DNA of 64,000 bases from NCBI GenBank assembly GCA_963795855.1, contig CAWCIZ010000001.1, forward strand, positions 160,001-224,000, in the 5' to 3' direction. The position numbers and the translations under genes were made by a program. The notes under the pieces were generated by a model. It was not told the origin of the DNA and made no database searches. It saw only the letters and a program-made list of their open reading frames with translations. This document shows, one piece after another, positions 1 to 10,463 of this stretch. The stretch is from Vulcanimicrobiota bacterium (GTDB lineage Bacteria > Vulcanimicrobiota > Vulcanimicrobiia > Vulcanimicrobiales > Vulcanimicrobiaceae). How positions within the stretch are numbered: the first letter of the stretch is position 1; the number at the start of each line of letters is the position of its first letter.

Positions 1-270
1 CGGCCAAAGTCGGACCGAACGTCGTGCTGGGTCATGGATGCAAAATTGGTCCGCGTGCGCGCTTGACGGACTGCGTGTTATGGGACGCCGTAATCGTTGA
101 AGACGGCGCGACAATCGACGAATCGATCGTCGCGAGCGGTGCGCGCATCGGCGTCGCGTGCAGTCGTCAGCCGCGGAAGCGTCATCGGTCACGACGCGGT
201 CATCGAAGCAAACACTGTGCTGCCCGAAGGGGCTCGCGTCGGGCCTACGGCGCCTATCGCCGCGCGATAA
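1..270 (+). CDS. 3' end of NDP-sugar pyrophosphorylase (left-handed beta-helix tail), partial, 1 frameshift near 150
   Basis: Hexapeptide-like repeats KVGPNVVLGHGCKIGPRARLTDCVLWDAVIVEDGATIDESIVASGARIG, continuing in a shifted frame as VVSRGSVIGHDAVIEANTVLPEGARVG to TAA at 268-270. Resembles the C-terminus of 9436..10428. Confidence 0.7.
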
Positions 271-306
271 TAGTCAAGCGGGCGCAACCCTCGGTCGTTA
301 TGCAAG

Positions 307-333
307 GTTTATCCTTTAAGCCGCGACGGGTAT
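307..333 (+). promoter_or_regulatory. Putative SigB/SigF-type general stress promoter
   Basis: GTTT(307-310)-N17-GGGTAT(328-333) upstream of the GT4 gene, matching the GTTT-N15-17-GGGTAT consensus. Confidence 0.45.
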
Positions 334-452
334 AAAATGCTCGTCCGTTGCAGGGGGGTAGCCGCCAGCTTAGCCCGCTTGCTTGTGTAAAATTCTCTCC
401 CGGCTGGCGTTTGGAGATCTTGGTGACAGGCAGACCCTCAGACACGCTCGCC

Positions 453-1625
453 GTGGTCTCTGTTCCGCGCACGCTGTTTTTGGGTTCGTTCCCGCCGCGC
501 GAATGCGGAATTGCGACCTTTACGAAGGACGTGGTCGACTCGTTCGATCGCGCGTTTCATACCAGCAGCGAGATTATCGCGATCGACGAACCGGGCGGCG
601 AAGTACGCGCCTACGGCCCGGAAGTCGTCGCGCGCCTGAGGCAAAACGCGCGCGAGTCGTATGCAGACGTCGCGGCAATCCTCAACGCGCATCCCGCGAG
701 CGTGCTGAACATTCAGCACGAATACGGCTTGTTCGGTGGGGAGCGCGGCGAGTGGCTGATCGATTTGATGCGCGCGACCGAGAAGCCGGTCGTTCTGACG
801 CTGCATACCGTGCTGCCGGAACCCGACGAAGTGATGCTGCGCGTAACGCGCGATCTTTGCCGTTTCGCAAGCAGCGTCGTGGTTCTGTCTGAAACCGGTC
901 GCGATTTACTGAGCAACGTCTACCGCGTCGACACGACGCGCTTGCGCGTGATTCATCACGGCGTGCCGGATGTCGCGTTCCGCGAAACCGGGCCGTTCAA
1001 AGCCTCGTTCGGCATCGGCGAGCGCATGGTCATTTCCACGTTCGGCCTCATCAATCGCGGCAAAGGTTTGGAATTCGCGATCGACGCGATGCGCGACGTC
1101 GTGAAACGCCACCCCGAAGCGCTGTATCTCATTCTGGGCGAAACGCATCCGGTCGTGCGCCGGCAGGAAGGGGAGTCGTATCGCGAATCGCTGCAGCAGC
1201 TCGTGCGGCAGTATGGTCTGCAGCACAACGTGCAGTTGATCGACAAGTATCTGGATTTCGACGAACTGGTCAGTTACCTCGAAGCAACGGACATTTACCT
1301 CACCCCGTATTTGAACCCGACGCAAATCGTCAGCGGCACGCTCGCTTATGCGGTGGGCTGCGGCAAGGCGATTGTGTCGACGCCGTATCTGTACGCGCAG
1401 GAAGTGCTTGCGAATCATCGGGGCTTCTTGTGCAGCTTCCGCGACGCAAAATCGATCGCGCAGCTGGTGAGCGGCCTGCTCGACGATCCCGCGCTTCGCC
1501 GCGCCACCGAGCGCCGCGCGTACCGGTTCGGACGCCAGATGACATGGCCCCACGTGGCCGTTCAATACGGCAAACTGTTTGCGGAGCTGGCACCGCAAGA
1601 ATTGGAGCTGATCCATTCTGCCTGA
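453..1625 (+). CDS. Glycosyltransferase family 4
   Basis: GSFPPRECGIATFT N-terminus, NIQHEYGLFGG, TFGLINRGKGLE, IVSGTLAYAVGCGKAIVSTPY. Start placed at GTG 453; the ORF track extends to 348. Confidence 0.9.
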   Translation: MVSVPRTLFLGSFPPRECGIATFTKDVVDSFDRAFHTSSEIIAIDEPGGEVRAYGPEVVARLRQNARESYADVAAILNAHPASVLNIQHEYGLFGGERGEWLIDLMRATEKPVVLTLHTVLPEPDEVMLRVTRDLCRFASSVVVLSETGRDLLSNVYRVDTTRLRVIHHGVPDVAFRETGPFKASFGIGERMVISTFGLINRGKGLEFAIDAMRDVVKRHPEALYLILGETHPVVRRQEGESYRESLQQLVRQYGLQHNVQLIDKYLDFDELVSYLEATDIYLTPYLNPTQIVSGTLAYAVGCGKAIVSTPYLYAQEVLANHRGFLCSFRDAKSIAQLVSGLLDDPALRRATERRAYRFGRQMTWPHVAVQYGKLFAELAPQELELIHSA

Positions 1626-2665
1626 ACTCGATCACCTGATCGCACTCACCGACGACGTCGGTGTGATTCAGCACGCCGTCGAGGACGTGCCGAACCGCTC
1701 GACGGGCTATTGCACCGATGACGTGTCGCGCGCGTTCATGGTCGTGCTCGCAAAGCTCGACATCGATGCAAACGACGCGATGGCACAGCGCATGGCGGGC
1801 GTCTACCTCTCGTTCCTTCACGACGCGCAAATCGATGACGGCCGCTTCCATAACTTCATGAGTTACGAGCGCACATGGCTCGATGCGGTCGGTACGCACG
1901 ATTCGGTCGGGCGCGCACTGTGGTCGCTTGGTTACGGCATGCGTTACGCGCAGCGCGGCTCGTGGCGTCGCGTTGCGAAGAAACTTTTCGGCAAGGGCCT
2001 GCGCGCGATCGACTGGCTGCAATACCCGCGCGCGCAAGCGTATGCCGCAATCGGTCTGGCGCACGCGTGCGAAGCGACGATCGCCGACGGCGATATCGCG
2101 CAGTACCGCGCGCTATTGCGCGGCCTCGCAGATCAGCTGCAGCGAGCGCTATCGCGACGTGCGTTCCGCCGACTGGCAGTGGTTCGAGAACGTGATGACT
2201 TACGACAACGCGCGGTTATCCGAAGCCGTGCTGCGTGCCGGTTTGACGCTCGCTGACGACGAGCTGCTTGCCGTCGGCTTGCGCACGTTCGAATTCTATA
2301 AAAAGGTCACTCTCGAAGACGGCGTATTCGTCCCGATCGGCAACGATGGCTGGTATCACCGCGGCGGAAATCGCCCGCGCTATTGCCAGCAGCCGCTCGA
2401 GGCAGTCTCGCTGGTTGATGCCGCGCTCGTGGCACTAGATGCGACCGGCGATCCCGCATATCGCGCGACGGCTGAAATCGGGCTGGATTGGTATCACGGC
2501 CGCAATACGCGCGGCATCGTGATGGCGCGGAACGGCGGCTGCTTGGACGGGTTGAATGAAACCTCCGTAAACATGAACATGGGCGCCGAGTCGACGCTCG
2601 CGTATTTGGCGGCCGCATACGCGCTCGCGGCACGCCCTGCGAAAGCCCTTACGCTTGCGCGCTAG
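1612..2665 (+). CDS. GT4-associated alpha-helical (six-hairpin glycosidase-like) protein; frameshift near 2142; start uncertain
   Basis: LDHLIALTDDVGVIQHA, GYCTDDVSRA, GRFHNFMSYER; after the shift WQWFENVMTYDNARLSEA, PIGNDGW, QQPLEA, NMGAESTLAYL. This is the domain often fused behind this GT4 type. Confidence 0.75.
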
Positions 2666-2680
2666 CACGTAGGATTACGA

Positions 2681-2718
2681 CAAATATCGCCCTCTGCACG
2701 TCCAGGGGGCGATATTTG
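2681..2718. terminator. 16-bp stem hairpin, probable terminator
   Basis: CAAATATCGCCCTCTG (2681-2696), 6-nt loop, CAGGGGGCGATATTTG (2703-2718); one G-U pair; lies between the stop at 2665 and pcrA. Confidence 0.6.
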
Positions 2719-2741
2719 CTCTCATGGCGAAGTAACGCGGG

Positions 2742-4898
2742 ATGATCTTGGAGACCGAAACCCTTAACGACGTGCAAGCCGCCGCCGTTCGCCATGCGAA
2801 TGGACCCTGTCTGATTTTCGCAGGTGCGGGCAGCGGCAAGACGCGCGTGCTCACGCATCGCATCGCGTATTTGCTCGGCGAACTCGACGTTGCGCCCGAT
2901 CGTATCTTGGCCGTGACGTTCACGAACAAAGCCGCCGGCGAGATGAAATCGCGCCTGGAACGCATGGTGGGCGCGCAAGCGCGCGACCTGTGGGTCGGGA
3001 CGTTTCATTCGATGTGCGTCCGCATGCTGCGCCGCGACGGCGCGCGCGCAGGCATCTCCTCAAATTTCGCAATTATCGACGATACCGATCAGCGCAGCCT
3101 CGTCAAGGACATCATCGCGGATCTCGATTATGACGAGCGGCAGCTCACGCCCGGCGCATGCCTTGCGGAAATCAGCAAATCGAAGAACGCCCTGGTTTGG
3201 CCCGAGCAGTACCACGAGAAGAACACGTCCTTCCTCGGGGAGCGTTTCGGCAACGTTTACGCTGAGTACCAGCGCCGGCTCGCGGAGTCGAACAGTCTGG
3301 ACTTCGACGACCTGATCGTGCGCACGATCGACCTCTTCGAAAAAGACGAGGCGACGCGCACGAAGTGGCAGAAGAAATTCCAGTACATCCTGGTCGACGA
3401 ATATCAGGACGTCAACTTCGCGCAGTACCGGCTCATCGCACTGCTCGGCGAGAAGCACAAGAACGTCACGGTCGTCGGCGACGACGATCAGTCGATTTAC
3501 TCGTGGCGCGGCAGCGACTATCGCATGATCCTGCGCTTCGAGCAAGACTTCCGCGGCGCCAAAGTTTTCACGCTCGAAGAAAACTACCGTAGCACGCAAA
3601 CGATCCTGGACGCGGCGAATGCGCTCGTTTCCAACAACAAGCACCGCCAGGCGAAGAAACTCTTCACCAGCCGCGCGGAAGGCGAAAAAATCACGGCGTT
3701 CGGCGCGGATACCGAACGCTCCGAAGCGCGTTACGTGGTCGAGAAAGTCAAGGAACTCGTTCGTGAAGGCGCCGCTTACCGCGACTTCCTGGTGCTGTAC
3801 CGGACGAACGCGCAGTCGCGCGTGTTCGAGGAAGCGCTCATCGCCGAAGGCATTCCGTACCGCGTCGTCGGCGGCGTGGGCTTCTATGCGCGCACGGAAA
3901 TCAAAGACGTCATCGCCTACCTGCGTTACGTCGAAAATCCGTCGGACGCGCTGGCGTTCAAGCGCATCGTGAACGTTCCGCGACGCAGCATCGGTCAGCA
4001 GACGCTCGCGAGTCTCGTGACTGCCGCCAATCAGTCGCGCATGTCGGTCGGCGAAGCGATCTTCGACAAGGAACTGCTCAAGCGCGCGGTGCCGAAGAAA
4101 ACCAAAGAACTCGAACGGTTCGCGGAACTCATCGAGACCCTGCGCGCACGCGTCAAACAGTATTCCATAGCCGATCTGCTCATCGCCGTCATGGAAGAGT
4201 CCGGGTACGTGCGCGAGCTGCGCAACGAAGATACTGCCGATGCGCGCACGCGTCTGGAAAACCTTCAAGAACTCGTCGGCGTCGCGCGCGAATACCAGCA
4301 GAACGAACCGGAAGCGACACTCTCGTCGTTCCTCGCGAACATCGCGCTCATCAGCGATCTCGACGCGCTCGATCCGGAGTCGTCGTACGTCACGCTGATG
4401 ACGCTCCACGGCGCGAAGGGACTGGAGTTCTCGAACGTCTTTTTGACGGGTTTGGAAGAAGGCGTGTTTCCGCATTCGCGAGCGCTCGTCGACATGACGG
4501 AGCTCGAAGAAGAGCGCCGGCTCGCGTACGTCGGTGTGACGCGCGCGATGGACCGTCTCTACCTGTCCTATGCGGAGCGCCGCACGCTGTTCGGCAATAC
4601 GTTCGCGCATCCGAAATCGCGCTTCTTGGAAGAAATGCCCAACATCGAGATGCTCGGCGGCGTCGTACTTCCGCGTCCCGCCGGCGGGCGGTGGCGCGAA
4701 GTCTCGATCCACGAGACGGCAGGCGCCGGCATGTCGATGAACCTGAAGAAGGGCGACCGCGTGCGTCATCCCAAGTGGGGCGAGGGCACGATCGGTGACG
4801 TCGTCGGCGCGGGCGGAGACGGCTTGGTCACCATCGACTTCCCCAACGTCGGGCAGAAGATGGTCATGCTGAAATACGCCCCTCTAGAAAAAGTGTAG
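2742..4898 (+). CDS. pcrA: ATP-dependent DNA helicase PcrA/UvrD
   Basis: AGAGSGKTRVLTHR, TFTNKAA, VDEYQD, VGDDDQSIYSWRG, LEENYRST, TLHGAKGLEF, EEERRLAYVGVTRA, C-terminal Tudor-like GDRVRHPKWGEG. Confidence 0.95.
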   Translation: MILETETLNDVQAAAVRHANGPCLIFAGAGSGKTRVLTHRIAYLLGELDVAPDRILAVTFTNKAAGEMKSRLERMVGAQARDLWVGTFHSMCVRMLRRDGARAGISSNFAIIDDTDQRSLVKDIIADLDYDERQLTPGACLAEISKSKNALVWPEQYHEKNTSFLGERFGNVYAEYQRRLAESNSLDFDDLIVRTIDLFEKDEATRTKWQKKFQYILVDEYQDVNFAQYRLIALLGEKHKNVTVVGDDDQSIYSWRGSDYRMILRFEQDFRGAKVFTLEENYRSTQTILDAANALVSNNKHRQAKKLFTSRAEGEKITAFGADTERSEARYVVEKVKELVREGAAYRDFLVLYRTNAQSRVFEEALIAEGIPYRVVGGVGFYARTEIKDVIAYLRYVENPSDALAFKRIVNVPRRSIGQQTLASLVTAANQSRMSVGEAIFDKELLKRAVPKKTKELERFAELIETLRARVKQYSIADLLIAVMEESGYVRELRNEDTADARTRLENLQELVGVAREYQQNEPEATLSSFLANIALISDLDALDPESSYVTLMTLHGAKGLEFSNVFLTGLEEGVFPHSRALVDMTELEEERRLAYVGVTRAMDRLYLSYAERRTLFGNTFAHPKSRFLEEMPNIEMLGGVVLPRPAGGRWREVSIHETAGAGMSMNLKKGDRVRHPKWGEGTIGDVVGAGGDGLVTIDFPNVGQKMVMLKYAPLEKV

Positions 4899-4903
4899 AC
4901 TCC

Positions 4904-5623
4904 TTGAGAGTGGCCGTTTCCGGAGCGCTGGGACGCATGGGGCGGCTGGCGTGCGAAACGGTAAAATCCGCATCCGACCTTGCGTACGCCGGCGGCTTCG
5001 CGCGCACGCCCGTTCCCGAAGAACAGGTCGACGACGATCTCGGGCGCCTCATTGCAGAGCGCAAACCCGACGTCCTCGTCGACTTTACCGCGCGGCCGGG
5101 CACGCAAGAAGTCGCAAGAACCGCGCTCGAACACGGCGTCTACCCGGTCATCGGCTCGAGCGAATGGAACGCCGACGAACGCGAAAATCTGGCAGCGCTG
5201 TGCGACGCCGTTTCCATGGGCGGGCTGCTCGTACCGAACTTTGCAATCGGCGCCGTGCTGATGATGCGCTTCGCCGAGCAGGCGGCCCGCTATTTTCCGA
5301 CCATCGAAATCGTCGAACTGCATCGCGCCGAAAAACGCGACAAGCCGAGCGGTACCGCGGCGGCAACCGCCGCGCGCATCAAGGCGAACGGCGGGCCGGC
5401 CGACGTGCCGATTCACAGCGTTCGCCTGCACGGCCTGCTCGCGCATCAGGAAGTGCTCTGCGGCAGTGCCGGGGAGCTGCTCACCATTCGGCACGACTCA
5501 CTCTCGCGCGACTCGTTCGCAGCCGGTATACTGTTTGCAATTCGGCACGTTCGCGGGTTGAAGGGCTTACACGTGGGCTTAGATTCTATTTTGAGCGGCG
5601 GCAGTCAAGGAGAGCGGCCGTGA
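4904..5623 (+). CDS. dapB: 4-hydroxy-tetrahydrodipicolinate reductase
   Basis: GALGRMG, VDFT, PNFAIG, IEIVELHRAEKRDKPSGTA, HSVRL. Confidence 0.92.
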   Translation: MRVAVSGALGRMGRLACETVKSASDLAYAGGFARTPVPEEQVDDDLGRLIAERKPDVLVDFTARPGTQEVARTALEHGVYPVIGSSEWNADERENLAALCDAVSMGGLLVPNFAIGAVLMMRFAEQAARYFPTIEIVELHRAEKRDKPSGTAAATAARIKANGGPADVPIHSVRLHGLLAHQEVLCGSAGELLTIRHDSLSRDSFAAGILFAIRHVRGLKGLHVGLDSILSGGSQGERP

Positions 5624-6558
5624 AAGTCGCGGTGGTCGGCGCGACAGGCGTGGTCGGCGAAACGATTTTGCGCGTGCTCGAAGAGCGCCGCCTGGCGGTC
5701 GACGGGGTCGGACGTTTTGCATCGCGCACTCGCGGCGACGTGCGGGAAACGACCGCGGAAGCGCTGGTGCAATACGATGCCGTGTTTTTCGCGAGTTCCG
5801 AAGATGCGAGCGAGAAATACGCGCCGCCGCTGCTGCAGCGCGGCGCAGTCGTCATCGACAACAGCTCGACGTTCCGCATGCGCGACGACGTCCCGCTCAT
5901 CGTGCCGGAAGTCAACGCGCACGCGCTTCGTCCGGAGCATCGCCTGTTTCCGGTCGGTAATTGCACCGCGATTATCTTGTGCGTGGCTCTCGCGCCTATT
6001 CGCGATTGTGCAGGCCTCGCATCGGTTCACGTCGCGACGTATCAGGCGATCAGCGGTGCGGGCCGCGCAGCGCTCGAGGAATTCGATCGCGGTGAAGGCA
6101 GCGTCGTGCGCAACGTCGTTCCGCAGATCGGCGGTTTCGGCGAAGGCGGATACACCGGTGAGGAATTGAAGGTCGCCGCCGAAACGCGCAAGATTCTCGA
6201 ACTGCCGGATCTGCCCATTTTCGCGACGTCGGTGCGCGTCCCGGTGCGCACCGCGCATTCCGAAGCGGTCTTCTTTCACACCGCGCGCCGCACCGGCGTG
6301 ACGGAACTCGCCGCCGCGTTCGAACGCGCGCCCGGCATTGTGTTTCACGGCGATGGAATCGTGACGCCGCGCGACGTGGAAGGCACCGACGCCGTTCACG
6401 TTGCTCGGCTTCGCGCGTGCGAGGGCGATTCCGGTGCGGACGGCCGCTCGTTTCAGATGTGGATCGTCGGCGACCAGCTGCGCAAAGGCGCCGCGACGAA
6501 CGGCGTGCAGATTCTCGAACTGCTCCTCAGCCGCCGCGCAAAAGCGGAACAGCCGTGA
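5620..6558 (+). CDS. asd: Aspartate-semialdehyde dehydrogenase
   Basis: VAVVGATGVVG, VIDNSSTFRM, VPEVN, NCT, TYQAISGAG, VRVPVRTAHSE, DQLRKGAATN. GTG start overlaps the dapB stop. Confidence 0.92.
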   Translation: MKVAVVGATGVVGETILRVLEERRLAVDGVGRFASRTRGDVRETTAEALVQYDAVFFASSEDASEKYAPPLLQRGAVVIDNSSTFRMRDDVPLIVPEVNAHALRPEHRLFPVGNCTAIILCVALAPIRDCAGLASVHVATYQAISGAGRAALEEFDRGEGSVVRNVVPQIGGFGEGGYTGEELKVAAETRKILELPDLPIFATSVRVPVRTAHSEAVFFHTARRTGVTELAAAFERAPGIVFHGDGIVTPRDVEGTDAVHVARLRACEGDSGADGRSFQMWIVGDQLRKGAATNGVQILELLLSRRAKAEQP

Positions 6559-7786
6559 ATATCGTCGTCTTGAAATTCGGCGGAACGTCCCTTGCGACGG
6601 CGCGAGTTGCGAGAGATCGCCGTTCAGCGGCTGCGCGACGAACTCGAGCGCGGCTGCGCGCCTGTGGCCGTCGTTTCCGCGATAGGGCGGGCGCCCGAGC
6701 CATATGCGACGGATTCGTTTCTTTCGCTGGTCGGCGGCCGCGGCGCCACGCGCAACGCGGACGTGCTGCTCTCGTGCGCCGAGTTGATTTCCGCGGCGAT
6801 TTTTGCCGACACGCTCGAAGCGCAGGGCCTGCAGGCGTTTGCGCTGAGCGGCGCGCAAGCCGGCATCGTCACGACCGGAAAGCACGGCGACGCGAAGATC
6901 GTGCGCGTCGAAGCCGATCGCGTGCGCGAAATGTTGGAGTGCCGGCGCCATTCCGGTCGTCGCGGGCTTTCAAGGCGTAACGCAAGACGGCGAGGTGACG
7001 ACGCTCGGACGCGGCGGCAGCGACTTGACGGCGATCGCGCTCGGTCATGCACTCGGCGCCGTGCGAGTCGACATTTATACGGACGTAAGCGGCGCGATGA
7101 CGGGGGATCCTCGCCGCATCAGCGGAGCGCACACGATCGAACGCGCAAGTCTGGAAGAGATGACCGAACTCGCCGAGCACGGCGCGAAAGTCATGCACCA
7201 CAAGGCGGCGGACTTGGCTCAGCGCACCAATACGCCATACGCAATAAAGGGCCTCAGCACCGGACGCGGCACGCTGGTGGACGAAAACGTCGAACACGAG
7301 AAGCCCGTGACCGGCGTAACCACTTCGGGTCGCGTCACGTGGATTCGCGTGATTCGCGGGGATATCGAAGATCAGAAGCGTCGCATGGCGGTCGAACTCG
7401 AGATGTTTGGGCGCATCGCGGAAGCCGGTATCTCCATCGATCAGGTGACTATCAACCAAGCGGGTGTGATGTTCGTCGTAGAAGGAGACCGCGGCAGCGA
7501 GATACGCCAATTGCTCGGCGATCTCAATCTCGCGGTCCGCGTGCGCGAGGCCTGTTCGAAACTCTCCGTGGTCGGCGCCGCAATGCGCTACACGCCCGGC
7601 GTCATCACGGGTATCGTTCAGGCGCTTTCCGGCGCGAACGTCGAGATCATTCACTGCACGGACAGTAATATAACGGTTTCGATTCTCGTGCCGTCCGCCG
7701 ATGCGCACCGCGCCGAACAAGCCGTCCACGACAAGTTCCATCTGGAGGACGAAGCCGCGCTCAGCGGCCTGAAGGGAAGCGTTTGA
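6555..7786 (+). CDS. Aspartate kinase (DapG/LysC type); two frameshifts (~6600, ~6945)
   Basis: [50 protein letters not shown] and ACT domains, spread over three frames. Confidence 0.88.
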
Positions 7787-8677
7787 ATGAATCTCGGCAC
7801 GATCGTCACCGCCATGATTACGCCGTTCGACGACGGCGGCGAACTCGACGAACGTGAAGCAGCGCGGATCGCGTCATGGCTCGTCGATCGCGGCAACGAC
7901 GGATTGGTGGTCGCCGGTTCGACGGGCGAGGGCCAGACGCTGAACGCGCACGAGCGAGCGACGCTGATCTCCGCCGTTAAAGAGGCGGTCGGCGAGCGCG
8001 CCGCCGTGATTGCCAATGCCGGAACGAACGACACGCGCGGCTCGGTCGAAGCGGTGCGCGAAGCGGAACGCGCCGGAGCCGACGCTATTCTCGCCGTCGT
8101 GCCGTATTACAACAAGCCGACGCAGCGCGGCATGATCGCGCACTTTCGCGCCGTCGCGCAGACGACGCCGCTGCCGGTCGTCGTCTACAACATTCCCGGA
8201 CGCACCGGCGCGAACATGTTCCCGGAAACGCTGCTGGAAGCCGCGCGCGCCGAGAAGAACATCGCCGGCGTGAAAGAATCCAGCGGCGATTTACTGCAAA
8301 TCGGAACGATACTGGCGGACCGCGCACCGGAGTTTCGTGTGTTCAGCGGCGATGATCATTTGTTTTTGCCCTGTTTGGCAATGGGCGCCGACGGCGTCGT
8401 CGGCGTCGCCTCGCATCTATGTTCGCCGCAGTATCGCGCGATGTACGACGCGTTCGCGTCCGGAAAGGTGCGTGAAGCAGCGCGCCTTCATCGCTCGCTG
8501 CTGCCGCTGATTCGCGCACTGTTTGCAACGACGAACCCGATTCCGGTGAAATGGGCGATGCGCCGTCTGGGGTTCAAAACCGGCGAATGCCGTTTGCCGC
8601 TCGACTCGATGCCCCACGCGCTCGCGGAACAGTTGCTCTCACTGCTCGAGCCGTACCGGACGCTGGTGACTCCCTAA
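7787..8677 (+). CDS. dapA: 4-hydroxy-tetrahydrodipicolinate synthase
   Basis: TAMITPF, GSTGE, PYYNKP, YNIPGRT, GVKES, FSGDD, NPIPVK. Confidence 0.95.
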   Translation: MNLGTIVTAMITPFDDGGELDEREAARIASWLVDRGNDGLVVAGSTGEGQTLNAHERATLISAVKEAVGERAAVIANAGTNDTRGSVEAVREAERAGADAILAVVPYYNKPTQRGMIAHFRAVAQTTPLPVVVYNIPGRTGANMFPETLLEAARAEKNIAGVKESSGDLLQIGTILADRAPEFRVFSGDDHLFLPCLAMGADGVVGVASHLCSPQYRAMYDAFASGKVREAARLHRSLLPLIRALFATTNPIPVKWAMRRLGFKTGECRLPLDSMPHALAEQLLSLLEPYRTLVTP

Positions 8678-8679
8678 GC

Positions 8680-9432
8680 ATGCCCGCGCCCGTCACGATT
8701 CTCGGATGCCGGCTCGACCCCATGGATGCGGATGCTGCGACGGATGCAATTTTGCGTTTCGCTCGTGAAGGCGCCGCCGCGCAAATCGTGACGCTCGGTA
8801 CGGAGATGGTCGTACACGCGCAGCGCGACGAGCGCTATCGCGACGTCGTCAATCGCTGTGCGCTCTCGCTTTGCGATACTGTGGGACTGCTCGCCGTCGC
8901 GCGATCGCGCGGCGCGGATCTGCACGAGCGCGTTACCGGCGTCGAGTTGATCGAACACCTCTGCGCCCGCGCGGCAAGAGAAGGCGTAAACGTGTATCTT
9001 TTCGGCGGAGCGCCCGCCATCGCCGAACGGGCGGCGCAGGAACTTTCGCGGCGATATCCCGGCTTGCGCATAGCCGGAACGCGCAACGGTTACTTCAGCG
9101 AGGACGAATCAACGCATATCGCGCAAGAGATTCGGGAAAGCGGCGCTCAACTGCTGTTCGCCGGAATGGGATTTCCGAAGCAAGAGTTTTGGCTCGCCGA
9201 TCATTTGCGCGAAACCGGCTGTGGCGCCGGAATCGGAGTGGGCGGATCGTTCGACGTCATCAGCGGCAACGTCGAGCGCGCGCCGGAGCGCTGGCGAAAA
9301 CTCGGCCTCGAATGGCTTTATCGCCTGGTGAAAGAACCCCATCGCTGGCGCCGGCAGCTGGCATTGCCGCATTTCGTGCTGCTCGTCGCCGGTGAAAACG
9401 TTCGGTCGCGCTTCGCAAGGGGAAGAACCTAA
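8680..9432 (+). CDS. WecB/TagA/CpsF family glycosyltransferase
   Basis: ERVTGVEL, GYF, GMGFPKQE, GVGGSFD, ERAP, LGLEWLYRL. Confidence 0.9.
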   Translation: MPAPVTILGCRLDPMDADAATDAILRFAREGAAAQIVTLGTEMVVHAQRDERYRDVVNRCALSLCDTVGLLAVARSRGADLHERVTGVELIEHLCARAAREGVNVYLFGGAPAIAERAAQELSRRYPGLRIAGTRNGYFSEDESTHIAQEIRESGAQLLFAGMGFPKQEFWLADHLRETGCGAGIGVGGSFDVISGNVERAPERWRKLGLEWLYRLVKEPHRWRRQLALPHFVLLVAGENVRSRFARGRT

Positions 9433-9435
9433 CCG

Positions 9436-10428
9436 ATGAAAGCCATGATTCTCGCGGGCGGCTTGAGTACGCGCCTCTATCCGCTTACCAAACAGGTGCC
9501 CAAACCGCTGGTTCCCGTTGCCGGCGAACCAAACGCCGTGCACCTCATCCGGTACTTGAAATCGTACGGCATCGATGAGATCGCGATCAACGTTCACTAC
9601 CTTGCCGAAATGATCGCGGAAACGCTCGGCGACGGATCGGCGTTCGGCGTGCGTCTCGAATATCTGTACGAAAAAGTGCTTTTGGGCAGTGCCGGTGCGG
9701 TCGAACAGATGAAGTATTTTCTTTCTGATGCGCCGTTCGTCGTCGTGGGATGCGACGATTTGACGGATCTCCCGCTGGATCGGCTGCTGCAGTTTCACGC
9801 GCAGAAGAAAGCCATAGCAACGATCGGCCTTGTCGAGCGTGACGAGGTCGACCAGTACGGCGTCGTCGTGACCGATTCCGACGGCAAGATCACCGGCTTT
9901 CAAGAAAAACCGCCAAAAGGAACGGAAAAGAGCAAACTCGTCAACACCGGCATTTACGCGTTCACGCCGGATATCTTCGATCGCATTCCGCCGGGCGAGT
10001 TTTACGACTTCGGCAAAAACGTGTTTCCGTCGCTGCAGGAAGCGGCAGAGCCGTTCTACGGTTTCGACGCGCGCGGCGCGTATTGGTGCGACATCGGCAC
10101 GCCCGGCGAATACCGGCGCGCCACGAGCGACGTGCTGCGCGGCATCTTTCGCATCCCGGGTCATCCGCCCATTACGAACGACGTGTGGATCGGCCGCGAC
10201 GCGCGCGTTGCGCCCGATGCCGCCATTACCGGACCTTCCGTCATCGGAAACAACGTCGAGGTGCGCAGCGGCGCGCGAGTCGAACGGTCGATCGTTTGGC
10301 AAGGTTCCTCGATCGGTGAAGGAGCAACGCTTCGCGATGCAATCGTCGGTATGAATTACGAAGTGCAGCCGGGCGCGACGCTCGACGGGGCGATCGTCGC
10401 AAACGAACCCGACGCCGCTAACGTCTAG
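9436..10428 (+). CDS. NDP-sugar synthase (mannose-1-phosphate guanylyltransferase-like)
   Basis: KAMILAGGLSTRLYPLT..PKPLVPV, FQEKP, NTGIY, YWCDIGTP, beta-helix tail. Confidence 0.88.
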   Translation: MKAMILAGGLSTRLYPLTKQVPKPLVPVAGEPNAVHLIRYLKSYGIDEIAINVHYLAEMIAETLGDGSAFGVRLEYLYEKVLLGSAGAVEQMKYFLSDAPFVVVGCDDLTDLPLDRLLQFHAQKKAIATIGLVERDEVDQYGVVVTDSDGKITGFQEKPPKGTEKSKLVNTGIYAFTPDIFDRIPPGEFYDFGKNVFPSLQEAAEPFYGFDARGAYWCDIGTPGEYRRATSDVLRGIFRIPGHPPITNDVWIGRDARVAPDAAITGPSVIGNNVEVRSGARVERSIVWQGSSIGEGATLRDAIVGMNYEVQPGATLDGAIVANEPDAANV

Positions 10429-10463
10429 ACATAGCAGCATAGAAACCGCGCGTGCCGTCGTGA

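Noticed and set aside
6555..7786. Programmed ribosomal frameshifting in aspartate kinase and other genes
   Set aside because: No consistent slippery heptamers at the shift sites, and shifts are scattered over unrelated genes, which fits sequencing error.
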